Origin: a virus
Lineage: Duplodnaviria; Caudoviricetes
DNA length: 32,917 nt
Direction: 5' to 3' (one strand)
Virus record (IMG/VR): IMGVR_UViG_3300032216_002178
Location: 1-32,917 of that record
Each line of letters begins with the position of its first letter. Within the stretch, counting starts at the first letter, position 1. The position numbers and the translations under genes were made by a program. Below the pieces are notes generated by a model. That model was not told where the DNA came from, ran no database searches, and saw nothing but the letters and a program-made list of their open reading frames with translations. Positions 19,335-27,850 of this stretch are shown in pieces.

Positions 19335-19871
19335 ATGAGCGAAATTGAGCTAGCAGTACATTTTGACCGCATGAATAAGGTCGTAGAAGAGCTTTTAAAG
19401 GGCAATTCGGCTACACAGATAGCCACCCTTACAGGGTTCTCCAGAAAAGAAGTCTTAGAGTACTTAGACGAATGGAAATCTGTTGTACATAATGATAATA
19501 ATATTAGAGATCGTGCCCGTGAGGCCATATCTGGGGCTGATCAACACTATGCAATGCTTATCAAGGAAGCTTGGAAAACAGTTGAGGATGCCGATACTCA
19601 AGGCCAACTTAGCGTCAAAGCTGGCGCATTAAAACTTATATCTGATATTGAAACAAAAAGAATTGCTATGCTGCAATCCGTAGGAGTTTTAGAAAACACT
19701 CAGATTGCATCTCAGATTGCCGAAACAGAACGTAAACAAGAAATTTTAGTGGGTATTCTTAAAGAAGTAACTGCGGGTTGTCCAAAGTGTAAGATGGATG
19801 TTGCAAAAAGACTTTCTCAAATTACTGGGATAGTTGAGCCAGTCTTGATTGAGCAATCTGATGTCATTTAA
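19335..19871 (+). CDS. Probable terminase small subunit (N-terminal HTH + helical region)
   Basis: GNSATQIATLTGFSRKEV HTH; position upstream of the large subunit. Confidence 0.6.
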   Translation: MSEIELAVHFDRMNKVVEELLKGNSATQIATLTGFSRKEVLEYLDEWKSVVHNDNNIRDRAREAISGADQHYAMLIKEAWKTVEDADTQGQLSVKAGALKLISDIETKRIAMLQSVGVLENTQIASQIAETERKQEILVGILKEVTAGCPKCKMDVAKRLSQITGIVEPVLIEQSDVI

Positions 19872-20358
19872 TAAAAATAACTTTATTCCTATTAATGAAA
19901 ATGCTTTTGTTCTTCATAATTTTTTGTCAGAAGAAGAAGCAGACTTGTTATTTAAAAAAGCATTTAATTCTAGCTTTACAGAAAACGATCATCCTGCACA
20001 ACAAATTGCATATATTCCAGATAAATATGTGCATGAAAAAATTTCAAGCATTTTAGATAATAAAATTTTTTGCTCTAATTTAGGGATCTTTAATACAAAA
20101 CCTGGCATGTCTTGGGAAGAGCACACAGATTTAGATTATCATACAAAACCAAGATACAAAAAACTATACGGCGGTATTATCTACTTAAATGATTTTTTAG
20201 GCGGAGATTTATTTTATAGTGAAAGTAATACAATCTATCATCCATTAAAGGGAGATATAGTATTGCATAATGCTAATACAAAACATGGGGTATCTAAGCT
20301 TTTGTCTGATTACAGGTACACTATTAATTTTTATATTTGGAAGAATAATGTCGTTTGA
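19861..20358 (+). CDS. 2OG-Fe(II) oxygenase
   Basis: HNFLSEEE, EHTD, YLNDFLGGDL, HGV, RY. Confidence 0.85.
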   Translation: MSFNKNNFIPINENAFVLHNFLSEEEADLLFKKAFNSSFTENDHPAQQIAYIPDKYVHEKISSILDNKIFCSNLGIFNTKPGMSWEEHTDLDYHTKPRYKKLYGGIIYLNDFLGGDLFYSESNTIYHPLKGDIVLHNANTKHGVSKLLSDYRYTINFYIWKNNVV

Positions 20359-22150
20359 TTTTTCAGATTTAATTGACATATTAGACGGAGAAGAATTTCA
20401 GGAAAAGCCTGTAGACCTTCGTACATTTGTTAATGATCCAAATTATTTGGGCCTACCACCTTTATCAGAATATCAATATACTTTAATTGAAAAAAGTTCT
20501 CAAATATATAAAGAGTCAACTCTAAAGAAATTGTTTGGCGAAGAAGAAGGATCAATTAGATTTAAGCAAACTGCAAATGAAGTAGTTGCCCAACTTGGGA
20601 AAGGGTCAGGAAAAGATTACTGTTCAACAATTGCTGTTGCCTATATAGTTTATTTATTGTTATGCTTAAAGGATCCAGCCACATATTATGGTAAACCTCC
20701 AGGGGACTCAATAGATATTATTAATATTGCTATCAACTCTCAACAAGCAAGCAATGTTTTCTTTAAAGGATTTAGAAGCAGAATAGATAAATCACCGTGG
20801 TTTGTTGGAAAGTATTATGCTAAGGCATCAGAAATTCAGTTTGATAAAGCCATTACAGTTCACTCGGGTCACTCGGAAAGAGAAGCTTGGGAAGGCTACA
20901 ATGTTATAGTAGTCATATTAGATGAGATATCTGGCTTTGCTATAGAAAATACAACGGGCCACGACCAAGCAAAAACTGGTAGCGCTGTGTATGAGATGTA
21001 TAGGGCTTCAGTAGACTCACGTTTCCCAGACTTTGGTAAAGTAATTTTATTGTCTTTTCCTCGTTTTAAAAATGACTATATCCAACAAAGGTACGATGCA
21101 GTTGTAGGTGAAAAAGAAACTATAATTAGAGATTACAAATTTAAAATGTATGAGGAGCTACCAGATGGCACAGACGGAAATGAGTTTGAAATACAATGGG
21201 AAGAAGACCATATCATATCTTATAAAATACCTAAAGTATATGCAATTAAACGTCCAACTTGGGAGATCAACCCAGTTAGAAAAATTGACGACTTTAAAAC
21301 AGCATTCTATACAAACCCAACTGACGCTCTTTCAAGATTTGCATGCATGCCACCCGATGCAGTGGATGCATTTTTTAAATCAAGAGAAAAAGTAGAAAAA
21401 GCTTTTAATGTTGGTTCAATAGCCGTTGATACGTTTGGAAGACTAGAGGAATGGTTTTTGCCAGATCCAGATAAAAAATATTATATACACGTAGACCTTG
21501 CTCAAAAACATGACCATTGTGCCGTTACAATGGCTCATGTTAATAAATGGGTGAATGTAAAAGTAACAGATACTTATTCTCAGCCAGCACCAATAGTAGA
21601 AGTAGACGCAGTTAGGTACTGGACCCCAACACCAGATAAATCTGTTGATTTTACTGAGGTAAAAGACTATATCTTATCTTTAAAAACTAGAGGGTTTAAC
21701 ATATCTATATGTACATTTGACCGATGGAACTCTCACGATATGATGCAGCAACTAAAACAATATGGAATTAATACAGAGATCCTTTCAGTTGCTAAAAAAC
21801 ATTATGACGATATGGCAATGGTTGTGGCGGAAGAAAGATTAATAGGGCCACATATACCATTACTTATAGATGAACTATGTCAGCTTAGGATCATGAGGGA
21901 TAAAGTAGATCACCCAAGAAAAGGCTCTAAAGATTTAGCAGATGCTACATGCGGTGCAATATTTAATGCTATAAGTAGAACAAGGTTTGATAACAATCAA
22001 GAAATTAATGTTCATACATATGAATCAATGAGTTATGATAATGATTTTGGGACCAAAGATGACCCAGATACAACATCTTATAATATGATTAGGGCACCAA
22101 GAATGCCTGCAGATTTAAGAGAAGCAATGGACAGGATGCAAATAATATGA
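20348..22150 (+). CDS. terL: Terminase large subunit
   Basis: Walker A GKGSGKD, Walker B VILDE, nuclease HVDLA..D, FDRWN, KDLADA; ATG at 20348. Confidence 0.9.
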   Translation: MSFDFSDLIDILDGEEFQEKPVDLRTFVNDPNYLGLPPLSEYQYTLIEKSSQIYKESTLKKLFGEEEGSIRFKQTANEVVAQLGKGSGKDYCSTIAVAYIVYLLLCLKDPATYYGKPPGDSIDIINIAINSQQASNVFFKGFRSRIDKSPWFVGKYYAKASEIQFDKAITVHSGHSEREAWEGYNVIVVILDEISGFAIENTTGHDQAKTGSAVYEMYRASVDSRFPDFGKVILLSFPRFKNDYIQQRYDAVVGEKETIIRDYKFKMYEELPDGTDGNEFEIQWEEDHIISYKIPKVYAIKRPTWEINPVRKIDDFKTAFYTNPTDALSRFACMPPDAVDAFFKSREKVEKAFNVGSIAVDTFGRLEEWFLPDPDKKYYIHVDLAQKHDHCAVTMAHVNKWVNVKVTDTYSQPAPIVEVDAVRYWTPTPDKSVDFTEVKDYILSLKTRGFNISICTFDRWNSHDMMQQLKQYGINTEILSVAKKHYDDMAMVVAEERLIGPHIPLLIDELCQLRIMRDKVDHPRKGSKDLADATCGAIFNAISRTRFDNNQEINVHTYESMSYDNDFGTKDDPDTTSYNMIRAPRMPADLREAMDRMQII

Positions 22151-22389
22151 GCGAATATCAGGAACTGGCAAAACAATGTAAGTGCTGTAGCAAGCATGTT
22201 CCATTGCCTATAGTGATGAAATCCTATAATGGAATTGTTGTATGCCCAACTACACTACAAAACATAATAGAATATAAAAGAATATGGGAGTCATTTGGGT
22301 CAAGACCAATGGGAGCAATTAGAAAACATTTTTCAGAATACGTTCAACAAATAGTTGAAAAAGAAAATTCTTTAAAAAATGAAATCTGA
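22147..22389 (+). CDS. Small Cys-containing hypothetical protein
   Basis: CKCC..C; ATGA overlap with terL. Confidence 0.65.
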   Translation: MSEYQELAKQCKCCSKHVPLPIVMKSYNGIVVCPTTLQNIIEYKRIWESFGSRPMGAIRKHFSEYVQQIVEKENSLKNEI

Positions 22390-23389
22390 TAATTTAAATT
22401 TATATGATGTCATATTAGCAAAAAAATCTTCTAATATGATTAATTATAATAACAGAACAATTCAAAATCTATACGGCAATGTAATAGAATATATAGGGGA
22501 AGGCTTAGGCAATATATTTCCAGGCTGGGACGTAGGCAAAGTTATAGAAAATGATTATGGATATAGATCACCAGCTTTTTCAAATAACGTAGACTACTTA
22601 TTCTCTGGGTGTTCGGTCACCTATGGGGTTGGTTTGCCGATAGAATATGTTTGGCATGAACAGCTTATGAAATCTTTGGGTGGGACATATGCATCGGTAG
22701 CTATGCATGGAGATAGCATAGTAGGTCAAATATTAAAAATATTTGCTTATATAAAACAGTTTGGACACCCCAAAAACATTGTTGCTTTATTCCCAGACTT
22801 TAATAGATTTTTAGTTTTTAACAATCCAAATTTATTAGCAGCAGAACAATTTTTTACAAATACCAACAGCAAGTTATTTAACTGGGCTTTTGTTGATAAT
22901 AAAGATCCTCAAACAAATAGCTATATTGATTTTGCATCAAAAATGAATGCTAATACAAGCAACAATCATCACGATACAGTTTATTTTAAAAAGCCATTAG
23001 TTGCAGATGAGGTCATGACAGAAGAACTAAGTCATTTTTATGCTTCACAATTAATTAATATCCTTGAAATGTATTGTAATGCTTCGGGAATTAATCTTGT
23101 TTATAGCACATGGGATTTGAAATCAGAACTAGTTTTTGAAGACATACAAGAACATTTTTTATTTAATAACTATATTAGCGTAAATGTAAAAGAATGGGAA
23201 GATGCAGACGGCACTTTAAAAACTTTACCTTGTCACAATGAGCTAAAAATAGATGCACATTTTGATACTGCAATGGATAGAGGAAATGGCATAGAGCATG
23301 CACATTTTGGCTTGCATAGGCATATCCATTACTATGAAGCTTTTTTAAATTATATAAAGGAGAACTGGGTTGATATCAATAAAAATTAA
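22379..23389 (+). CDS. SGNH/GDSL-like protein, paralog 1
   Basis: NDYGYRS, SGCSVTYGVG (block I Ser), FPDFNR, YSTW, C-terminal D..HFGLHRH. Confidence 0.65.
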   Translation: MKSDNLNLYDVILAKKSSNMINYNNRTIQNLYGNVIEYIGEGLGNIFPGWDVGKVIENDYGYRSPAFSNNVDYLFSGCSVTYGVGLPIEYVWHEQLMKSLGGTYASVAMHGDSIVGQILKIFAYIKQFGHPKNIVALFPDFNRFLVFNNPNLLAAEQFFTNTNSKLFNWAFVDNKDPQTNSYIDFASKMNANTSNNHHDTVYFKKPLVADEVMTEELSHFYASQLINILEMYCNASGINLVYSTWDLKSELVFEDIQEHFLFNNYISVNVKEWEDADGTLKTLPCHNELKIDAHFDTAMDRGNGIEHAHFGLHRHIHYYEAFLNYIKENWVDINKN

Positions 23390-23453
23390 ATATTATGTTT
23401 ATTCTTTTTTTAAAAAGTTTAAAAAGAAAAAAAAGAATAGGTTCATATATTAA
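23370..23453 (+). CDS. 27-aa Lys-rich peptide ending in FIY (not in ORF track)
   Basis: SD AAGGAG at 23357-23362, TTG start 7 nt later; MISIKIKYYVYSFFKKFKKKKKNRFIY; the stop forms TAATG with the carbamoyltransferase start. Confidence 0.65.
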   Translation: MISIKIKYYVYSFFKKFKKKKKNRFIY

Positions 23454-24877
23454 TGATAATTTTAGGAGTTAATGAGACGTCTCATGATGCATCTGTATCT
23501 TTAATTAAAGACGGCAAAATTTTATTTGCTGGACATTCAGAAAGATATAGCAAAAATAAAAATGATTGGTATATCAATGATGGTTTAATTAATGATGCTT
23601 TGCAGTATGGTGTACCAGATCATATAGCCTACTATGAGAAACCGCTTCTAAAGGCCTCTAGACTGCTTTTAAAGGGTGGTTCAGGAGATTGGAAGCCTAG
23701 GTTTGATCTTGAAAATGTTAAAAGAAAATCATTTAAACACCATTATTCACACGCCTGTGCTGGGTACTATACAAGTCCTTTTACAGACGCTGTAGTTGTG
23801 GTTTTAGATGCAATAGGAGAATATAATACCTCCACCATTTGGGCTGGAGAAGGTGAATCAATTAAATTAAAATTTAAACAAAATTATCCTGTAAGCTTTG
23901 GTTTATTTTATTCTGCATTTACTAAATTAATTGGCTTAATGCCAAACCAAGAAGAGTATATTATGATGGGGATGGCGGCATATGGTGATTGGAAAAAGTA
24001 TTACAAGGAAGTAGATGAATATTTCCCAAGCTATCATTATCAGTCCTATAATTTTCATCAAGGAATTACGGACTGGAATATGTCAATATCCGAACAAGAT
24101 AAATTTGATATTGCAGCGGCAGTTCAAGTAGTATATCAAAGTAGACTTATGGAATTTATGGGAATGGCAAAATCCCTTACGGGTAAATCAAACTTAGTTT
24201 TTATGGGTGGATGCGCTCTTAATTCTTCTGCCAATACAGCACTGTGGAAGATATTTAAAGATGTTTGGATAATGCCAAACCCAGGAGATGCTGGAAGTTC
24301 TTTGGGTGCCGCAGCCGCTTTGCACGGCAAACACATAGAATGGAATGATCCTTATTTGGGACACGATTTAGGCGGGGACTACCCAGTACAAAAAATTATT
24401 GACGGCATACTTAAAGATGGTATAGTGGCGGTAGCCACTGGTAGAGCAGAGTATGGTCCAAGAGCTTTAGGGAATAGAAGCATTTTGGCAGACCCAAGAG
24501 ATCCGAATATAAAAGATAAAGTAAATAAAATAAAACAGCGTGAGTTATTTAGACCATTTGCACCAGTGATTATGGAAGAGTGTGCATCAAAATGGTTTGA
24601 TATGGATTTTAGCTCACCATACATGCAATATACTGTTAAATGTCTTCAGCCAGATATGATTCCCTCGGTAGTTCATGCTGATGGAACATCAAGAGTTCAA
24701 ACAGTAAATAGAAATCAGCACAGAGGCTTATGGAGAGTTTTAAATAAATTTTATTTAAAAACAGGCGTCCCAGTTCTTTTAAATACCAGTTTAAACATTA
24801 AGGGACAACCACTCTTAAATGATTTATCAGATATAAAAAAATGGGAAAGTATGTACAATACGGAAATAATTAGATAA
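23453..24877 (+). CDS. Carbamoyltransferase, NodU/CmcH/TobZ family
   Basis: HDAS, ERY, HHYSH, DAIGE, GGCALN, PGDAG, EYGPRALGNRS, KQRELFRPFAP, HADGTSRVQTV, LLNTSLN. Confidence 0.95.
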   Translation: MIILGVNETSHDASVSLIKDGKILFAGHSERYSKNKNDWYINDGLINDALQYGVPDHIAYYEKPLLKASRLLLKGGSGDWKPRFDLENVKRKSFKHHYSHACAGYYTSPFTDAVVVVLDAIGEYNTSTIWAGEGESIKLKFKQNYPVSFGLFYSAFTKLIGLMPNQEEYIMMGMAAYGDWKKYYKEVDEYFPSYHYQSYNFHQGITDWNMSISEQDKFDIAAAVQVVYQSRLMEFMGMAKSLTGKSNLVFMGGCALNSSANTALWKIFKDVWIMPNPGDAGSSLGAAAALHGKHIEWNDPYLGHDLGGDYPVQKIIDGILKDGIVAVATGRAEYGPRALGNRSILADPRDPNIKDKVNKIKQRELFRPFAPVIMEECASKWFDMDFSSPYMQYTVKCLQPDMIPSVVHADGTSRVQTVNRNQHRGLWRVLNKFYLKTGVPVLLNTSLNIKGQPLLNDLSDIKKWESMYNTEIIR

Positions 24878-24878
24878 A

Positions 24879-25637
24879 ATGAAAAACATATTAGTAATCG
24901 GAGACTCACATACATCTAAGATAGGGAATTGCGTTCCAGATGTTTTCTTTTTAAAAAATAGAAAGCTAGAATACACTTACTCTGAACAAAATTATGTTAC
25001 ACACGTAGTTGAAGAGGGTAGAGATATATGGCTTAAAGATTATTTAAAAATACATGAAGACAAAAACTTAAAGCTTTGGTTCTCCTCGCACCCTGGAAGA
25101 TCAGCTTTAAATTTTGATTTTGATAATTTTGCAACAGGTAGTCAAAAGCACCAGATAGATGTTTGGAACAAAGAGGGCAACATAATAGTTCCTTGGCTGG
25201 GATACATAGATATTAGAAACTGGCTCCCACAAACTAATTTGCCAGGATATTTAAATGCTAAGCAAGTTGTTAGTACATACATAGATAATGTTTTAAATAA
25301 ATTTGACAAATGTCATGTTATTTTTATGGAACCTCTTCCTCAATTTATTTGTTTTATTACAAATGGGTGGGTAGAAAATAGAAGTGACCCAGACATAGAG
25401 TTTGAAAAAAGACATGAGCAGCATCTATTATTTATTGATGAGTTAAAAAAACAATGTTTAGAGCGTGGGCTTCCAGAACCAATTAACACAAGAGAAATAT
25501 TGGGTGATGATATGATTGAGCCTTATAAACAACCTAAAAAACCAATTAATATATTATTAAATGATCATATGAAACAAGAATACTATGAACCTATTGTTGA
25601 GTATTTAGCAAATAAGTTATCTATTGACGATATTTAA
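24879..25637 (+). CDS. SGNH/GDSL-like protein (divergent)
   Basis: N-terminal VIGDSH, LGYIDIR, C-terminal NDH. Confidence 0.6.
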   Translation: MKNILVIGDSHTSKIGNCVPDVFFLKNRKLEYTYSEQNYVTHVVEEGRDIWLKDYLKIHEDKNLKLWFSSHPGRSALNFDFDNFATGSQKHQIDVWNKEGNIIVPWLGYIDIRNWLPQTNLPGYLNAKQVVSTYIDNVLNKFDKCHVIFMEPLPQFICFITNGWVENRSDPDIEFEKRHEQHLLFIDELKKQCLERGLPEPINTREILGDDMIEPYKQPKKPINILLNDHMKQEYYEPIVEYLANKLSIDDI

Positions 25638-25652
25638 TAATAAAAGTATAAT
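25624..25652 (+). promoter_or_regulatory. Near-consensus sigma70 promoter for the tRNA(CAT)
   Basis: TTGACG-N17-TATAAT, 8 nt before the tRNA. Confidence 0.75.
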
Positions 25653-25660
25653 TCAACTAG

Positions 25661-25734
25661 GCAACAGTAGCTTAGTTGGTTAAAGCCCCGAACTCATAAT
25701 TCGGTAATCCTCGGTTCGAGTCCGAGCTGTTGCA
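25661..25734 (+). tRNA. tRNA with CAT anticodon (elongator Met or Ile2)
   Basis: Acceptor GCAACAG/CTGTTGC, anticodon arm CCGAA-CTCATAA-TTCGG, T arm CTCGG-TTCGAGT-CCGAG; CCA not encoded. Confidence 0.9.
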
Positions 25735-25758
25735 CAGCTAAGATATAGGAGAGTAAAA

Positions 25759-26739
25759 ATGGAGCACAAATCTATTGATGATATGGTGTTAGATCCAGAT
25801 TATCCCCCCATTCCCCCCAGCTATTTATCAGAAGATGCATTAAATTCAATATTTTTAAATGAATTAAAAATTCCAGATATTAGTATAATTTATCATTCGC
25901 CAACCATGGGATATAAATTAAATAGTTTAGGATTTAGATCAGAAGAGCTTCAAAATAAAACTAAAATTTTATTTTCAGGGTGCTCATTTACATTTGGAGT
26001 TGGAATACCAGAGGAAAAACTTTGGACTCAGATAGTTGCAAAAACAATTGATATAAAACATCAAAATATTGCCTTACCTGGGTCTTCACCAATTTTAATT
26101 GTTGCTAATTTTTTTGAATATTGCAGAAAATATGGTAATCCAGAAATTTTTATCTGCCTATTCCCAGATTTTTATAGAACTTTTAGAGTTAAAAATTTAA
26201 ATTACGGTCATAGAAAATATGCTACAAAATCAGATAATTCAAAAGATATTAAGTTAAATAGTCAAGAGTATTATGAAAATATTACCTCTATTGATCCTTA
26301 TGGGAAAAATATACCAAAAATAATAAAATTTCCTACAGATATAGAAGACATTATGCAGCCAGATAGTGCATATATGCTTAATATGATTGCAATTAATTTA
26401 ATTGATCAGTATTGTAAGTCCAATAATATTAAGTTTTTATGGTCTACATGGTACACAGAGCATGCATGGTCTATAAATAAAATGAAAAAAAATAATCCAG
26501 GAAGATTTTTAAACTTTATTGATATTAAAAATGATGAATGGATTTTTGATGATAAAAAATTAACAGATACACATGTACTTGAATCTCAAAATATTTTTTG
26601 TCATGAAGATTTAATGAAGTCTGATAAAGATCTATTTTATGTAGGATTTGACAGAGCTTATAGCAATAGCGATGCACATTGGGGTTCTCATAGACATCAG
26701 CACGTCGCAGAAGAATTTATTAAGGCTTTAAATGATTAA
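25759..26739 (+). CDS. SGNH/GDSL-like protein, paralog 2
   Basis: NSLGFRS, SGCSFTFGVG, FPDFYR, WSTW, CH, DAHWGSHRH; SD AGGAG. Confidence 0.65.
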   Translation: MEHKSIDDMVLDPDYPPIPPSYLSEDALNSIFLNELKIPDISIIYHSPTMGYKLNSLGFRSEELQNKTKILFSGCSFTFGVGIPEEKLWTQIVAKTIDIKHQNIALPGSSPILIVANFFEYCRKYGNPEIFICLFPDFYRTFRVKNLNYGHRKYATKSDNSKDIKLNSQEYYENITSIDPYGKNIPKIIKFPTDIEDIMQPDSAYMLNMIAINLIDQYCKSNNIKFLWSTWYTEHAWSINKMKKNNPGRFLNFIDIKNDEWIFDDKKLTDTHVLESQNIFCHEDLMKSDKDLFYVGFDRAYSNSDAHWGSHRHQHVAEEFIKALND

Positions 26740-27646
26740 AAGATTAATATGGGATAAAAATAAATACCCACTTGATTTTTTTGGCATACCAACTTCCAGT
26801 TTTGAAGATAGCTCTCTATATGATGATTTAATCTTTAATCAACATAGAAAAAATAATATGATTGATGAATTAAACTTAGGCGTAAGATATAAAAAATTTA
26901 CCTATAAGGGTAAAATTAAAGTTGATTACGATGTAAATCAGTACGGCTATCGTGGGCCAGAACTTGCAAAAGTTGATCTTCTTACGTCAGGATGCTCACA
27001 GTCTTTCGGAGTAGGAGTCCCAGAAGATCTTACTTGGCCACATATGTTGGCTATCAAAAACTCATTATCTTATAATAACCTTTCCTATCCTGGCAATAGT
27101 ACAATGGCAATGGTTGAGGATGTTTTTAAATATTTTAATTTATTTGGACACCCTAAACATTTAAGGTTACTTGTCCCAGATTTTTTAAGATTTAAATTTA
27201 TTAAAGCTGCCAATGAAAATGTTTTTATTCAAAATTCACGAGGGAATATCGGAGAATTTTTAAATACAGTTTCAGATGCCGATAGATCTATGTTAAAGTA
27301 TGAAAAATTGCCAATAGCTATAGAAAAAATTATGCCAACATCTGTGCCATTTAGATCTAATTTGTTTGCAATTAAAATGCTAGAACAATATGTTGCACAA
27401 ACAGATATTGATTTTAAATGGGCAACATGGCACAATGAGCTAAATGTTCATTTTAATAAACATGATTATAAGTTTAAAAATTATGTGCAAAGCAAAGTCA
27501 TTGAAGACTATGATTATAAAAATTGTCATCAAGATATAAAGCAAATGGATCCTAGATTTTTTGATGTTGGAACAGATCCACAAGAACATATGGGATCTCA
27601 CGCTCACGCTCATTATGCAGAACTTTTTGCTATAGACAAAATTTAA
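26732..27646 (+). CDS. SGNH/GDSL-like protein, paralog 3
   Basis: NQYGYRG, SGCSQSFGVG, VPDFLR, WATW, CH, D..EHMGSHAH. Confidence 0.65.
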   Translation: MIKRLIWDKNKYPLDFFGIPTSSFEDSSLYDDLIFNQHRKNNMIDELNLGVRYKKFTYKGKIKVDYDVNQYGYRGPELAKVDLLTSGCSQSFGVGVPEDLTWPHMLAIKNSLSYNNLSYPGNSTMAMVEDVFKYFNLFGHPKHLRLLVPDFLRFKFIKAANENVFIQNSRGNIGEFLNTVSDADRSMLKYEKLPIAIEKIMPTSVPFRSNLFAIKMLEQYVAQTDIDFKWATWHNELNVHFNKHDYKFKNYVQSKVIEDYDYKNCHQDIKQMDPRFFDVGTDPQEHMGSHAHAHYAELFAIDKI

Positions 27647-27669
27647 ATTAAATACTAAAATGAACATAT

Positions 27670-27745
27670 GCCTTTGTAGCTCAGCGGATAGAGCGAGACT
27701 CTTCTAAGGTCTGCGTCGCAGGTTCGATTCCTGCCAAGGGCACCA
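27670..27745 (+). tRNA. tRNA-Arg(TCT)
   Basis: Full cloverleaf, anticodon TCT at 27703-27705, A20 present, CCA encoded. Confidence 0.93.
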
Positions 27746-27746
27746 G

Positions 27747-27819
27747 GCTCCTATAGCTCAGTTGGTAGAGCAGCAGACTTTTAATCTGCGGGTCGATGGT
27801 TCGAGACCATCTGGGGGCA
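27747..27819 (+). tRNA. tRNA-Lys(TTT)
   Basis: GCAGA-CTTTTAA-TCTGC anticodon arm; GATGG-TTCGAGA-CCATC T arm; two G:U pairs in the acceptor stem. Confidence 0.92.
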
Positions 27820-27850
27820 CTTTATATGCTACAATGAAATTAACAATTAA

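Noticed and set aside
6643-22150. Inteins or introns in DnaB, DnaE, RecA or TerL
   Set aside because: Lengths are normal, motifs are contiguous, and no intein splice-junction or LAGLIDADG motifs were seen
23401-23440. T-run/A-run stretch as a terminator or assembly artefact
   Set aside because: It has no GC stem and is better explained as the coding sequence of the FIY peptide, with an SD and TAATG coupling
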